63,525 nucleotides of DNA, filler included, from Octopus bimaculoides (GCF_001194135.2; 5 parts of 4 records of this genome joined end to end with filler, not necessarily neighbours in it); one strand, 5' to 3'; numbered from the whole stretch's first letter, positions 24,976 to 35,179 are shown. Program-made: numbers and translations. Notes: generated from the sequence alone by a model not told the origin.

Positions 24976-25017
24976 CTATTGCTGGAGGTTCTGAAGGCAG
25001 TGTAGATACAGCCGGTG
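24976..25017 (-). CDS. 42-nt micro-exon, divergent
   Basis: tcaattttcag|CACCGGCTG...GCAATAG|gtttgt; APAVSTLPSEPPAI; flanks homologous to the array units. Confidence 0.8.
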   Translation of the reverse strand, partial: HRLYLHCLQNLQQ

Positions 25018-25235
25018 CTGAAAATTGAAAATAGGTTATTTTATTCCATAGAATATCGAATTTCTGATTTTCTCAATATTTTATACAAGTGGTTCTTACA
25101 CACACTCATACACATACATGCACACACAGTCACATACAGTCATAAACACACATATACACACACACACACACATTCACCTGATGAATTAAATGGTATCACA
25201 CAAAGTGTTTTTAATTCATGATAATATGTACGAAC

Positions 25236-25277
25236 CTGTTGCTGTGGATTCTAAATATGGTGTTGACACGGATGATG
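25236..25277 (-). CDS. 42-nt micro-exon, TAT variant
   Basis: tcaacttccag|CATCATCCGTG...GCAACAG|gttcgt; ASSVSTPYLESTAT. Confidence 0.85.
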
Positions 25278-25479
25278 CTGGAAGTTGAAAATAGATATTT
25301 TATTCCATACTGCATTTAACAAAAAAATGAAATACATATCTAAAACTCAAGCAAACTCTCAGTCAATCACTACTCCCCTAATGATGTGACATACATTTCT
25401 CCATTATTGCCTTTTCCAAATTTGCTTATAATTTACTTTCACACACACACATTCACCCGTTGAATTAATATGTACGAAC

Positions 25480-25521
25480 CTGTTGCTGTAGATTCTAAAT
25501 ACGGTGTTGATACGGATGATA
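25480..25521 (-). CDS. 42-nt micro-exon, TAT type
   Basis: Identical exon sequence; 766 bp (about 3 periods) from the 26246 copy across an N gap. Confidence 0.85.
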
Positions 25522-26245
25522 CTGCAAATTCAAAATAGATATTTTATTCCATGCNNNNNNNNNNNNNNNNNNNNNNNNNNNNNNNNNNNNNNNNNNNNNN
25601 NNNNNNNNNNNNNNNNNNNNNNNNNNNNNNNNNNNNNNNNNNNNNNNNNNNNNNNNNNNNNNNNNNNNNNNNNNNNNNNNNNNNNNNNNNNNNNNNNNNN
25701 NNNNNNNNNNNNNNNNNNNNNNNNNNNNNNNNNNNNNNNNNNNNNNNNNNNNNNNNNNNNNNNNNNNNNNNNNNNNNNNNNNNNNNNNNNNNNNNNNNNN
25801 NNNNNNNNNNNNNNNNNNNNNNNNNNNNNNNNNNNNNNNNNNNNNNNNNNNNNNNNNNNNNNNNNNNNNNNNNNNNNNNNNNNNNNNNNNNNNNNNNNNN
25901 NNNNNNNNNNNNNNNNNNNNNNNNNNNNNNNNNNNNNNNNNNNNNNNNNNNNNNNNNNNNNNNNNNNNNNNNNNNNNNNNNNNNNNNNNNNNNNNNNNNN
26001 NNNNNNNNNNNNNNNNNNNNNNNNNNNNNNNNNNNNNNNNNNNNNNNNNNNNNNNNNNNNNNNNNNNNNNNNNNNNNNNNNNNNNNNNNNNNNNNNNNNN
26101 NNNNNNNNNNNNNNNNNNNNNNNNNNNNNNNNNNNNNNNNNNNNNNNNNNNNNNNNNNNNNNNNNNNNNNNNNNNNNNNNNNNNNNNNNNNNNNNNNNNN
26201 NNNNNNNNNNNNNNNNNNNNNNNNNTTGAATTAATATGTACGAAC

Positions 26246-26287
26246 CTGTTGCTGTAGATTCTAAATACGGTGTTGATACGGATGATA
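26246..26287 (-). CDS. 42-nt micro-exon, TAT type
   Basis: Identical to 26503-26544; 257-bp period. Confidence 0.85.
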
Positions 26288-26502
26288 CTGCAAATTGAAA
26301 ATAGATATTTTATTCCATGCTGCATTTAAGACAAAATAAAATACATACCCATAACTCAAGTAAACTCTCAATCAATCATTAATCCCCTAATGATGTGACA
26401 TACATTTCCCACTATTGCCTTTTCCAAATTTGCTTCTTATAATTCACTTTCACACATACACACATACACATACATTCATCTGATGAATTAATATGTACGA
26501 AC

Positions 26503-26544
26503 CTGTTGCTGTAGATTCTAAATACGGTGTTGATACGGATGATA
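26503..26544 (-). CDS. 42-nt micro-exon, TAT type
   Basis: Identical in sequence to 30589-30630, same AG/GT flanks. Confidence 0.85.
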
Positions 26545-27093
26545 CTGCAAATTCAAAATAGATATTTTATTCCATGCTGCATTTAAGACAAAATAATATA
26601 CACGTTCATAACTCAAGCGACTCTCACACAATGGTTTCTTCCCCACTGATGAGGCTGAAAAACCTAGATTCCTTTATTTCAGTAACTTTCAAAATGGCAC
26701 AAACATGACATACATGTTTCCACTATTGGCTTTTCCAAATTATATCAGAAAGAAGTTAACAGTGATGGTCATTACATATTTTGCTTTTATCAGGGCAAAA
26801 TTCTGTTTCCAGTTGTGTCCAGGAGTCATTATAGGTACATTACAGACAGGTTTACTCAACTGGTCTATTGACCAATTGAGGAGAATTGGACAACCTAAGG
26901 AAATTAATGCTACTTTCATCAGAACCATTTCTGGTTATAAGAAGCAGAGCACTGGAGGAATGGCTTTTGTGTGNNNNNNNNNNNNNNNNNNNNNNNNNNN
27001 NNNNNNNNNNNNNNNNNNNNNNNNNNNNNNNNNNNNNNNNNNNNNNNNNNNNNNNNNNNNNNNNNNNNNNNNNATTAAATATGATTAACTTAC

Positions 27094-27229
27094 TTATTGT
27101 TTGGAAACAGCCAATAATTGACATAGTGACAGTCATTTGTTCTTGTGAGTTTACTGATTGGAAGTGAATCAGAATCTGGCTTGCATTTGTTCCTTGTGGT
27201 ATTGTACCATTTTCAGTTGCTTCGAAAGT
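27094..27229 (-). CDS. Exon B2, C-terminal part of module 2 (136 nt, phase 0-1)
   Basis: TFEATENGTIPQGTNASQILIHFQSVNSQEQMTVTMSIIGCFQTI; ag...|gtaagt. Confidence 0.9.
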
Positions 27230-27528
27230 CTATTGAACAAAGAACCAGACATGATATTAAGAGAACACAGCTTTACAGAGTGTAGTCAATACCCAGTGTC
27301 TTGTCTTATATTTAGACTATGTGAATACCTAGTCATATTCGATAAAATATCCACCAGAGATATAAATTAGAACTAAACCAGTTTATTCACATTATTAAAA
27401 TCTCAAAACAATAAGATAATGCATAATTAATTTAAAACAAATGTGAATGAATAAGTATTATGTTTAACAGAAAAACCTGAATGTTAAAGGGTTAAACTAA
27501 TATAAAAGTAAATATTTATGTCACTTAC

Positions 27529-27791
27529 CCTAATTACATTTGAATGATCTTTCTGAAAACTTATGGTAAACGTAGCTACATTTTTATGCTTCTGTAAAAT
27601 AACTGCTGCTCCATATTTCAAAATGTTGTTATCAATTTTAACTCCAACTTTTGATGAAGCAGATGGCTTTATTTTCCAACCTGTTCCAAATGGCCGTAAC
27701 ACTTCTGGAGATTCCTTAGTTGTCATTAAGATATCAGAATCTGGGATATATTGCCCATTTGCCATTCCATCCATAAATCTGCAATTTTCAA
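27529..27791 (-). CDS. Exon A2, N-terminal part of module 2 (263 nt, phase 1-0)
   Basis: VENCRFMDGMANGQYIPDSDILMTTKESPEVLRPFGTGWKIKPSASSKVGVKIDNNILKYGAAVILQKHKNVATFTISFQKDHSNVIR; same splice sites as A1. Confidence 0.9.
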
Positions 27792-28029
27792 CTAAAACAA
27801 GAATTAAAAGGGTTTTGTTAAAATATCACATTTGAAATTCATGAGGTAAAATCTCAACAGTAGCTGAATTCTTTGGCTCAATGGTAGGGTACAGTTCACT
27901 GTTGTATTTAGTAGAGACATTAATAACATCATTTTTGATAAATAGAAAATTTGTAGGGGAGAAAAGTGAGTTAATAAGATTCATGTTTTCCTAAAGATAA
28001 TAGAAGAAGAAATAAAATGTTTATCATGA

Positions 28030-28940
28030 CATATGAAAACCGTGGCTGTCAATCTATATTTCTACCAATCTCTGTATTACTTTTCCTCAATTTTGACACA
28101 GATATACACACACTTAGTATGTGTGTGTGTATCTATCTATTTATCTATCTATCTATCCATATATATATATATATATATATAAATATATATGTGTATGTAT
28201 GTACTGATATGTAGTAGGAAGAAAGAAATTGGGAGAGTATGCCCATACATCTCAAAGCACACATATATACAATACATAAATATATGGTGAGATGTATCCA
28301 CACATTTACAGGATCCTACAACCAAATATGCATATCCCCCCATATTGACATGAAGATATATAGACGGACATGCATTTGCACTAACACACACACACATGCA
28401 ATGAATTGAAATGGTAGCATATAAATGGTTTTAATTCATGGTAATATTTACTAACCTGTTGGAGTAGATCCTGAATATGGCGTTGAGCTTGATGATCCTG
28501 GAAATGCAAAGTAGATAACTCATTTTACATTTTGGTAGAAACAAAATATAGCACTAGAAATTATGTTCACTCATTTTAGGTAATTTCTAAAATGGTATTA
28601 AAATGGCAGAGATGTCTCTACAATTGCCCCTTTATAATTTCAGTCTTTTATTTTCTTTCTAACAGTGTTTATGTTTAAGTCCAAAGAAATTAAATATTAA
28701 AGTTATGTGGAGTTTTTGATTATGAGAGAGAGTATTGACCAAATACAGCAAAGTGTTTTCATGTTGTGTGTGAAATACTTATGCATGTGTTTTTGTATTT
28801 ATGTAATTACACACATACAAAATTAACATATTGTTATGAGCAACAAATTATGTTAATGATAATTTCAACTTTGTACGACACATGTTAGATCACTGATCTC
28901 TGATTTTCCAAGGCAGGACAAAAACATTTACTGTAGGTTT
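28030..28940. repeat. Intragenic duplication of the TPT micro-exon block (partner about 32200-33240)
   Basis: Collinear similarity over about 900 bp including the TPT exon. Confidence 0.9.
28456..28497 (-). CDS. 42-nt micro-exon, TPT type (phase 1-1)
   Basis: ttgcatttccag|GATCATCAAG...CCAACAG|gttagt; GSSSSTPYSGSTPT; paralog of 32713-32754. Confidence 0.85.
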
Positions 28941-29040
28941 NNNNNNNNNNNNNNNNNNNNNNNNNNNNNNNNNNNNNNNNNNNNNNNNNNNNNNNNNNNN
29001 NNNNNNNNNNNNNNNNNNNNNNNNNNNNNNNNNNNNNNNN

Positions 29041-29292
29041 CTGCTAAGTTACAGGGATGTAAACACACCAACATTGGTTGTCAAGTGATGATGGGGGACA
29101 AAGACTGACACACAAATATATACACATATATATAATGGGCTTCTTTCAGTTTCTGTCTATCAAATACATTCAAAAGGCTTTGGTCGGCCCAAGGCTATAG
29201 TAGAAGACACTTTTCCAAGGTGCCTTGCAGTGAGACTGAACCCGGAACCATGTGGTTGGGAAGCAAGCTACTTACACATAGCCATGCCTGCG
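29041..29292 (-). mobile_element. SINE family 1 (partial)
   Basis: Reverse complement of the 14911 copy. Confidence 0.85.
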
Positions 29293-29294
29293 TC

Positions 29295-29345
<51 letters not shown>

Positions 29346-30374
29346 ATATGTGTATATGTCACTAAATGTGATTAGGATGAAAAAAAAAACATTTACATTG
29401 CTGGAAATCAAAAANNNNNNNNNNNNNNNNNNNNNNNNNNNNNNNNNNNNNNNNNNNNNNNNNNNNNNNNNNNNNNNNNNNNNNNNNNNNNNNNNNNNNN
29501 NNNNNNNNNNNNNNNNNNNNNNNNNNNNNNNNNNNNNNNNNNNNNNNNNNNNNNNNNNNNNNNNNNNNNNNNNNNNNNNNNNNNNNNNNNNNNNNNNNNN
29601 NNNNNNNNNNNNNNNNNNNNNNNNNNNNNNNNNNNNNNNNNNNNNNNNNNNNNNNNNNNNNNNNNNNNNNNNNNNNNNNNNNNNNNNNNNNNNNNNNNNN
29701 NNNNNNNNNNNNNNNNNNNNNNNNNNNNNNNNNNNNNNNNNNNNNNNNNNNNNNNNNNNNNNNNNNNNNNNNNNNNNNNNNNNNNNNNNNNNNNNNNNNN
29801 NNNNNNNNNNNNNNNNNNNNNNNNNNNNNNNNNNNNNNNNNNNNNNNNNNNNNNNNNNNNNNNNNNNNNNNNNNNNNNNNNNNNNNNNNNNNNNNNNNNN
29901 NNNNNNNNNNNNNNNNNNNNNNNNNNNNNNNNNNNNNNNNNNNNNNNNNNNNNNNNNNNNNNNNNNNNNNNNNNNNNNNNNNNNNNNNNNNNNNNNNNNN
30001 NNNNNNNNNNNNNNNNNNNNNNNNNNNNNNNNNNNNNNNNNNNNNNNNNNNNNNNNNNNNNNNNNNNNNNNNNNNNNNNNNNNNNNNNNNNNNNNNNNNN
30101 NNNNNNNNNNNNNNNNNNNNNNNNNNNNNNNNNNNNNNNNNNNNNNNNNNNNNNNNNNNNNNNNNNNNNNNNNNNNNNNNNNNNNNNNNNNNNNNNNNNN
30201 NNNNNNNNNNNNNNNNNNNNNNNNNNNNNNNNNNNNNNNNNNNNNNNNNNNNNNNNNNNNNNNNNNNNNNNNNNNNNNNNNNNNNNNNNNNNNNNNNNNN
30301 NNNNNNNNNNNNNNNNNNNNNNNNNNNNNNNNNNNNNNNNNNNNNNNNNNNNNNNNNNNNNNNNNNNNNNNNNN

Positions 30375-30380
30375 ATGATA
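30375..30380 (-). CDS. Partial TAT-type micro-exon cut by assembly gap
   Basis: Same acceptor and upstream intron unit as the 30589 copy; first 6 nt (TATCAT) precede the N run. Confidence 0.7.
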
Positions 30381-30588
30381 CTGCAAATTCAAAATAGATA
30401 TTTTATTCCATGTTGCATTTAAGACAAAATAAAATACATACCCATAACTCAAGTAAACTCTCAATCAATCATTAATCCCCTAATGATGTGACATACATTT
30501 TCCCACTATTGCCTTTTCCAAATTTGCTTCTTATAATTCACTTTCACACATACACATACATTCACCTGATGAATTAATATGTACGAAC

Positions 30589-30630
30589 CTGTTGCTGTAG
30601 ATTCTAAATACGGTGTTGATACGGATGATA
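30589..30630 (-). CDS. 42-nt micro-exon, TAT type (phase 1-1)
   Basis: ttgaatttgcag|TATCATCCGTATCAACACCGTATTTAGAATCTACAGCAACAG|gttcgt; VSSVSTPYLESTAT. Confidence 0.85.
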
Positions 30631-30963
30631 CTGCAAATTCAAAATAGATATTTTATTCCATGTTGCATTTAAGACAAAATAAAATACATACCCATAACTC
30701 AAGCGACTCTCACACAATGGTTTCTTCCCCACTGATGAGGCTGAAAAACCTTGATTCCTTTCTTTTGGTAATTTTCAATATGGCACAAATGTGACATACA
30801 TGTTTTCCACTATTGCCTTTTCCAAATTATATCAGAAAAAAGTTAACAGTGATGGTCATTATATATTTTGCCTTTATCAGGGCAAAATTTTGTTTCCAGT
30901 TGTGACCAATTGAGTTGTCTTTTACTTATTGAATTCCTGATTTTCTCAATATATTATACTAGG

Positions 30964-31352
30964 GTGGAGGCGCAATGGTCCAGTGGTTAGGGCAGTGAAC
31001 TCGTGGTCATAGGATCGCGGTTTCGATTCCCAGACCAGGCGTTGTGAGTGTTTATTGAGCGAAAACACCTAAAGCTCCACGAGGCTCCAGCAGGGTGGGG
31101 GGGGGCGAACCCTGCTGTACTCTTTCACCACAACTTTCTCTCACTCTTACTTCCTGTTTCTGTTGTGCCTGTAATTCAAAGGGTCAGCCTTGTCACACTG
31201 TGTCACGCTGAATATCCCCGAGAACTACGTTAAGGGTACACGTGTCTGTGGAGTGCTCAGCCACTTGCACATTAATTTCACGAGCAGGCTGTTCCATTGA
31301 TCGGATCAACTGGAACCCTCGAGGTCATAACCAACGGAATGCCAACTACAAA
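30964..31352 (+). mobile_element. tRNA-derived SINE family 3 with 11-bp TSD
   Basis: A box tggtccagtgg, B box ggtttcgattccc; attatactagg at 30953-30963 and 31353-31363; paralog 60405-60692. Confidence 0.88.
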
Positions 31353-31560
31353 ATTATACTAGGAGTTCTGATACAACTACACTCACATGCACAAACTTGT
31401 GAATTTACACTTACACAAAAATGTACACATACAAAAATTCATACACACAAATACACACAGACACACGTGCACACTCACACACATATGCATACACACATCC
31501 ACCTGATGAATTAAATGGTATCACACATATTGTTTTTAATGCATTATAATATATACAAAC

Positions 31561-31602
31561 CTGTTGCTGTGGATTCCAAATACGGTGTTGATACGGAAGA
31601 TA
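31561..31602 (-). CDS. 42-nt micro-exon, TAT type (phase 1-1)
   Basis: ttgaatttctag|TATCTTCC...GCAACAG|gtttgt; VSSVSTPYLESTAT. Differs from the identical copies only at synonymous sites. Confidence 0.85.
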
Positions 31603-32285
31603 CTAGAAATTCAAAATAGATATTTTATTCCAAACTGCATTTAAGACAAAATAAAATACATATCTAAAACTCAAGCAAACTCTCAGTTAATTGCTACTCC
31701 CCTAAAGATGTGACTTAAAAACCTTGATTCCTTTCTTTTGTTAATTTTCAAAATGGTACTAATGTGAAATACATTTTTCCACTATTACTTTTTCCAAATT
31801 TGCTTCTTATAATTTACATTCACTTTGTGCTTTTGTTGAAGTGTTAACACATTAGATATCAAAATTGACATTTGACATGTGTGGAATGCATCAACAAAAT
31901 ATATTGACTGTTTTCTCATCTCTTTTAGTTATGATCTGTATATATACCAGTTCCTCTTTGTATACCATTATACAAGTACCAATCTATGCCATCTCAACCA
32001 TTCAAGCCACCATTCATGTCAATTAAAAGAAAGAGAACCATTGAAAATGTTAGTTTTTTTAAATTCAAAAATATGTTTGTTGGTACAGCTCTCCAACAGA
32101 CCAATTTCAGTCAACCCCTCTAACCCATGCCAGCATGGAAAAAAAAAACGTTAAATGATGATGATGATGGAATGATTTTATTTGTGTTTGTCTGTCTGTC
32201 TATCTATCTATCTATCCATCAATATTTTAACCTATCTCTGTATTACTTTTCCTCACTTTTGACAGAAACATAAACACACTCAGTA

Positions 32286-32318
<33 letters not shown>

Positions 32319-32712
32319 CCCCCTCTCTCTCTCTNNNNNNNNNNNNNNNNNNNNNNNNNNNNNNNNNNNNNNNNNNNNNNNNNNNNNNNNNNNNNNNNNN
32401 NNNNNNNNATATATATATGTAAAAATATATATATATACGTATGTATGTACATATACGTAGTGTGGGGGGGGGGAGAAATTGGGAGAGTATGTCCATACAT
32501 ATCAAAGCACACACGCACACATATATACAATGCATAAATATATAGTGAGATGTATCCACACATTCACAGAATCCTATAACCTAATATGCATATCCCCCCA
32601 TATTGACATGAATATATATAGATGTACATACATTTGTACTTATACACACTCACACAATAAACTGAAATGGTAGCGTATAAATGGTTTTAATTCAAAGGTA
32701 ATATTTACTAAC

Positions 32713-32754
32713 CTGTTGGAGTAGATCCTAAATATGGCGTTGAGCTTGGTGATA
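32713..32754 (-). CDS. 42-nt micro-exon, TPT type (phase 1-1)
   Basis: ttgcatttccag|TATCACC...CCAACAG|gttagt; xSPSSTPYLGSTPT. Confidence 0.85.
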
Positions 32755-33526
32755 CTGGAAATGCAAAGTAGATAACTCATTTTACATTCAGGTAGAAACA
32801 AAATATAGCACTAGAAACTATGTTTACTCATTTTGGGTAATTTCGAAAATGGTATTAAAATAGCAGATATGTTTCTACAATTGCTTTCTCAAATTGCAGT
32901 CTTTCATTTTCTTTCGATTAGTGTTTATGTTTAATTCGAAAGAAGTTAAATATTAAAGTTATATGGAGTTTTTGATTATGAGAGAGAGTATTGACCAAAT
33001 ACAGCAAATTGTATTCATGTTGTGTGTGAAATTCTTATGAATCAGTTTCTGTATTTATGTAATTACACACATACAAAAATAACATATTGTTATGAGCAAG
33101 AAATTATATTGAGCAAGAAATTATATTGAGCAAGAAATTATACTGAGATAATTTCTCCTTTGTACGACACATGTTAGATCACCGGTCTCTGGTTTTCTAA
33201 CGCAGGACAACAAACTTTTACTGTGGGTTTGTTAATATTTGAAGCATAGGCAGTATGATTTTGGTGTTATTTTTACTGTTTGGGCGAACTATAAAGCCTA
33301 CTCATTGACATGTGGTAAGTTAATTCGTGTTGGGAGTTCATGCTGGAAGCCGATGTGAAAAATTCAGGAGGCTGTGTGTGGCGTAATAATATATACACAC
33401 ATTTATATACATAGATATATGTAAGGTAAAAGAAAAAAGAAAAAACAGAAACAAACACATACAGACACCAAACACAGCAGTAACACATTAAAGCACATCA
33501 GATACAATGAAATATGATTAACTTAC

Positions 33527-33662
33527 TTATTGTTTGGAAACAGCCAATAATTGTCATAGTGACAGTCATTGGTTCTTCTGAGTTTACTGATTGAAAGTGA
33601 ATCAGAATCTGGCTTGCATTTGTTCCTTGTGGTATTGTACCATTTTCAGTTGCTTCAAAAGT
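33527..33662 (-). CDS. Exon B1, C-terminal part of module 1 (136 nt, phase 0-1)
   Basis: ttttttcaatag|ACTTTTGAA...CAAACAATAA|gtaagt; TFEATENGTIPQGTNASQILIHFQSVNSEEPMTVTMTIIGCFQTI. Confidence 0.9.
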
Positions 33663-34130
33663 CTATTGAAAAAAGAACCGGATATGATACTAAGAGAACA
33701 CAGTTTTACAGAGTGAAGTTAATACCCAGTGTCTTGTCTTATATTTAGACTACAGAAAATTAAACAGTCATTAGAATCTGAAATCCATAAATGTAACCAA
33801 TGGATTACACTGGAATTGCCATATGGAATGTGCCATTTCTTCTTTTTCATTATGCAGTGTTCAATTAAAATATACGATATTTCAGGTATACGATCATAAC
33901 AAGTACAAAGATAGCTAAAACAGTATAATATCAAATTAAATGCCTTCTAGTCATTAAATGCCTACAATGTGATTCTCAAAATAGACAATTATATCATTAA
34001 AATTTCAAAGCCACAAAATAATGCATAATTAATTTAAAACAAATGTGAATGAATAAACTTTATGTTTAAAAGAAAAATCTAAATTTTAAAAGGTTAAATT
34101 AATATAAAAGTAAATATTTATGTCACTTAC

Positions 34131-34393
34131 CCTAATTACATTTGAATGATCTTTCTGAAAACTTATGGTAAACGTGGCTACATTTTTATGCTTCTGTAAA
34201 ATAATTGCTGCTCCATATTTCAAAATGTTGTTATCAATTTTAACTCTAACTTTTGATGAAGCAGATGGCTTTATTTTCCAACCTGTTCCAAATGGCCGTA
34301 GCACTTCTGGAGATTCCTTAGTGGATATGAAGATATCAGAATCTGGGATAAATTTCCCTTTTGCCATTCCATCCATAAATCTGCAGTTTTCAA
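34131..34393 (-). CDS. Exon A1, N-terminal part of discoidin-like module 1 (263 nt, phase 1-0)
   Basis: ttcttgttttag|TTGAAAACTGC...GTAATTAGG|gtaagt; xENCRFMDGMAKGKFIPDSDIFISTKESPEVLRPFGTGWKIKPSASSKVRVKIDNNILKYGAAIILQKHKNVATFTISFQKDHSNVIR. Confidence 0.9.
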
Positions 34394-34482
34394 CTAAAAC
34401 AAGAATTAAAAGGGTTTTGTTAAAATATCACATTTGAANNNNNNNNNNNNNNNNNNNNNNNNNNNNNNNNNNNNNNNNNNNN

Positions 34483-34494
34483 TTAATTAATTAA
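34483..34494. other. Assembly spacer TTAATTAATTAA inside an N run (also 3526-3537, 55443-55454, 60816-60827)
   Basis: Identical 12-mer giving stops in all six frames, centred in N runs. Confidence 0.9.
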
Positions 34495-34538
34495 NNNNNN
34501 NNNNNNNNNNNNNNNNNNNNNNNNNNNNNNNNNNNNNN

Positions 34539-35025
34539 CAGAAATTAAGGCCAATAGACCAGATATAGTTGTCAAAGATCATGCAGGAAAAAAATGCTTT
34601 CTAATTGATGTATCAATACCAACAGATGACAACGTTTCCCTAACAGAAATGGAGAAACTTTCAAAATACAAAGACCTGGAAATAGAGATAACTCGAATGT
34701 GGAATCTAAAAACAGAAACAATTCCTATCATAGTAGGTGCCTTAGGTATAATAAAAAAATATTCAGACAAATACATAACAAAAACACCAGGACTTACAAA
34801 TATATATAACATACAGAAAATTGCACTACTGGGTACTGCACACATTCTACGCAAAACACTTTTAATACAGTAAACATAAGAGCACCACAGCAAACCACAG
34901 CACATACCCAAGGCGCACAGAGCTGCGCTCGGTAGTGAAGTGAAAGCACGTTATAAAAATAAAACTACTGAATAATGATAATAATAATAATAATAATGAT
35001 GATGATGATGATGATGATGATGATA
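34539..35025 (+). mobile_element. R4/Dong-like LINE 3' end (restriction-like endonuclease) with (TAA/TGA)n tail
   Basis: NRPDIVVKD...CFLIDVSIP...EKLSKYKDLEIEITRMW...IPIIVGALG...GTAHILRK. Confidence 0.9.
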
Positions 35026-35179
35026 ATCACTAATATTTTGTGATGATAATATTAACGATGAAAGGATGGTGTTGGAACCTCCCTATGCTCTGATTGTTAA
35101 TGCCACAATAAAAACACTGGTAACTGAGCAACCTGATAATCGCTGCCTCATATGAGTGACAATGGAAAAACACAATATT

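Larger units (their letters stand above)
24950..26620 (-). repeat. Tandem array of about 245-260 bp micro-exon+intron units
   Basis: Repeated ...cctgatgaattaatatgtacgaac[exon]ctgcaaattcaaaatagatattttattccatg...; related units at 30375-30720 and 31500-31800. Confidence 0.92.
27073..27836 (-). repeat. Intragenic duplication of the A+B module (partner about 33510-34438)
   Basis: Exons and proximal intron flanks near-identical; A-B intron 299 vs 468 bp. Confidence 0.92.
4618..34393 (-). other. Multi-exon gene span: putative extracellular mucin-like protein with 3 discoidin/F5-8C-like modules and micro-exon-encoded S/T/P-rich linkers (5' end unresolved)
   Basis: Chain of AG/GT-bounded exons with compatible phases (1-0, 0-1, then 1-1 micro-exons) and no in-frame stops. 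Module pattern C..GM....IPD..I..ST.E.P.V.RP...GW...GC resembles the F5/8C consensus by eye. Confidence 0.85.

Noticed and set aside
24950-26620. Regularly spaced identical repeats, superficially CRISPR-like
   Set aside because: Spacers are near-identical rather than unique, there are no cas genes, and the context is eukaryotic; the repeats have splice sites and an open S/T-rich frame.
26640-26670. CTGATGAG motif (also about 30733)
   Set aside because: No stem II followed by GAAA and stem III; not a hammerhead.
25495-30464. Long ORFs full of X (also 15387-15948, 20918-21377, 51529-52578)
   Set aside because: Artefacts of reading through N runs.
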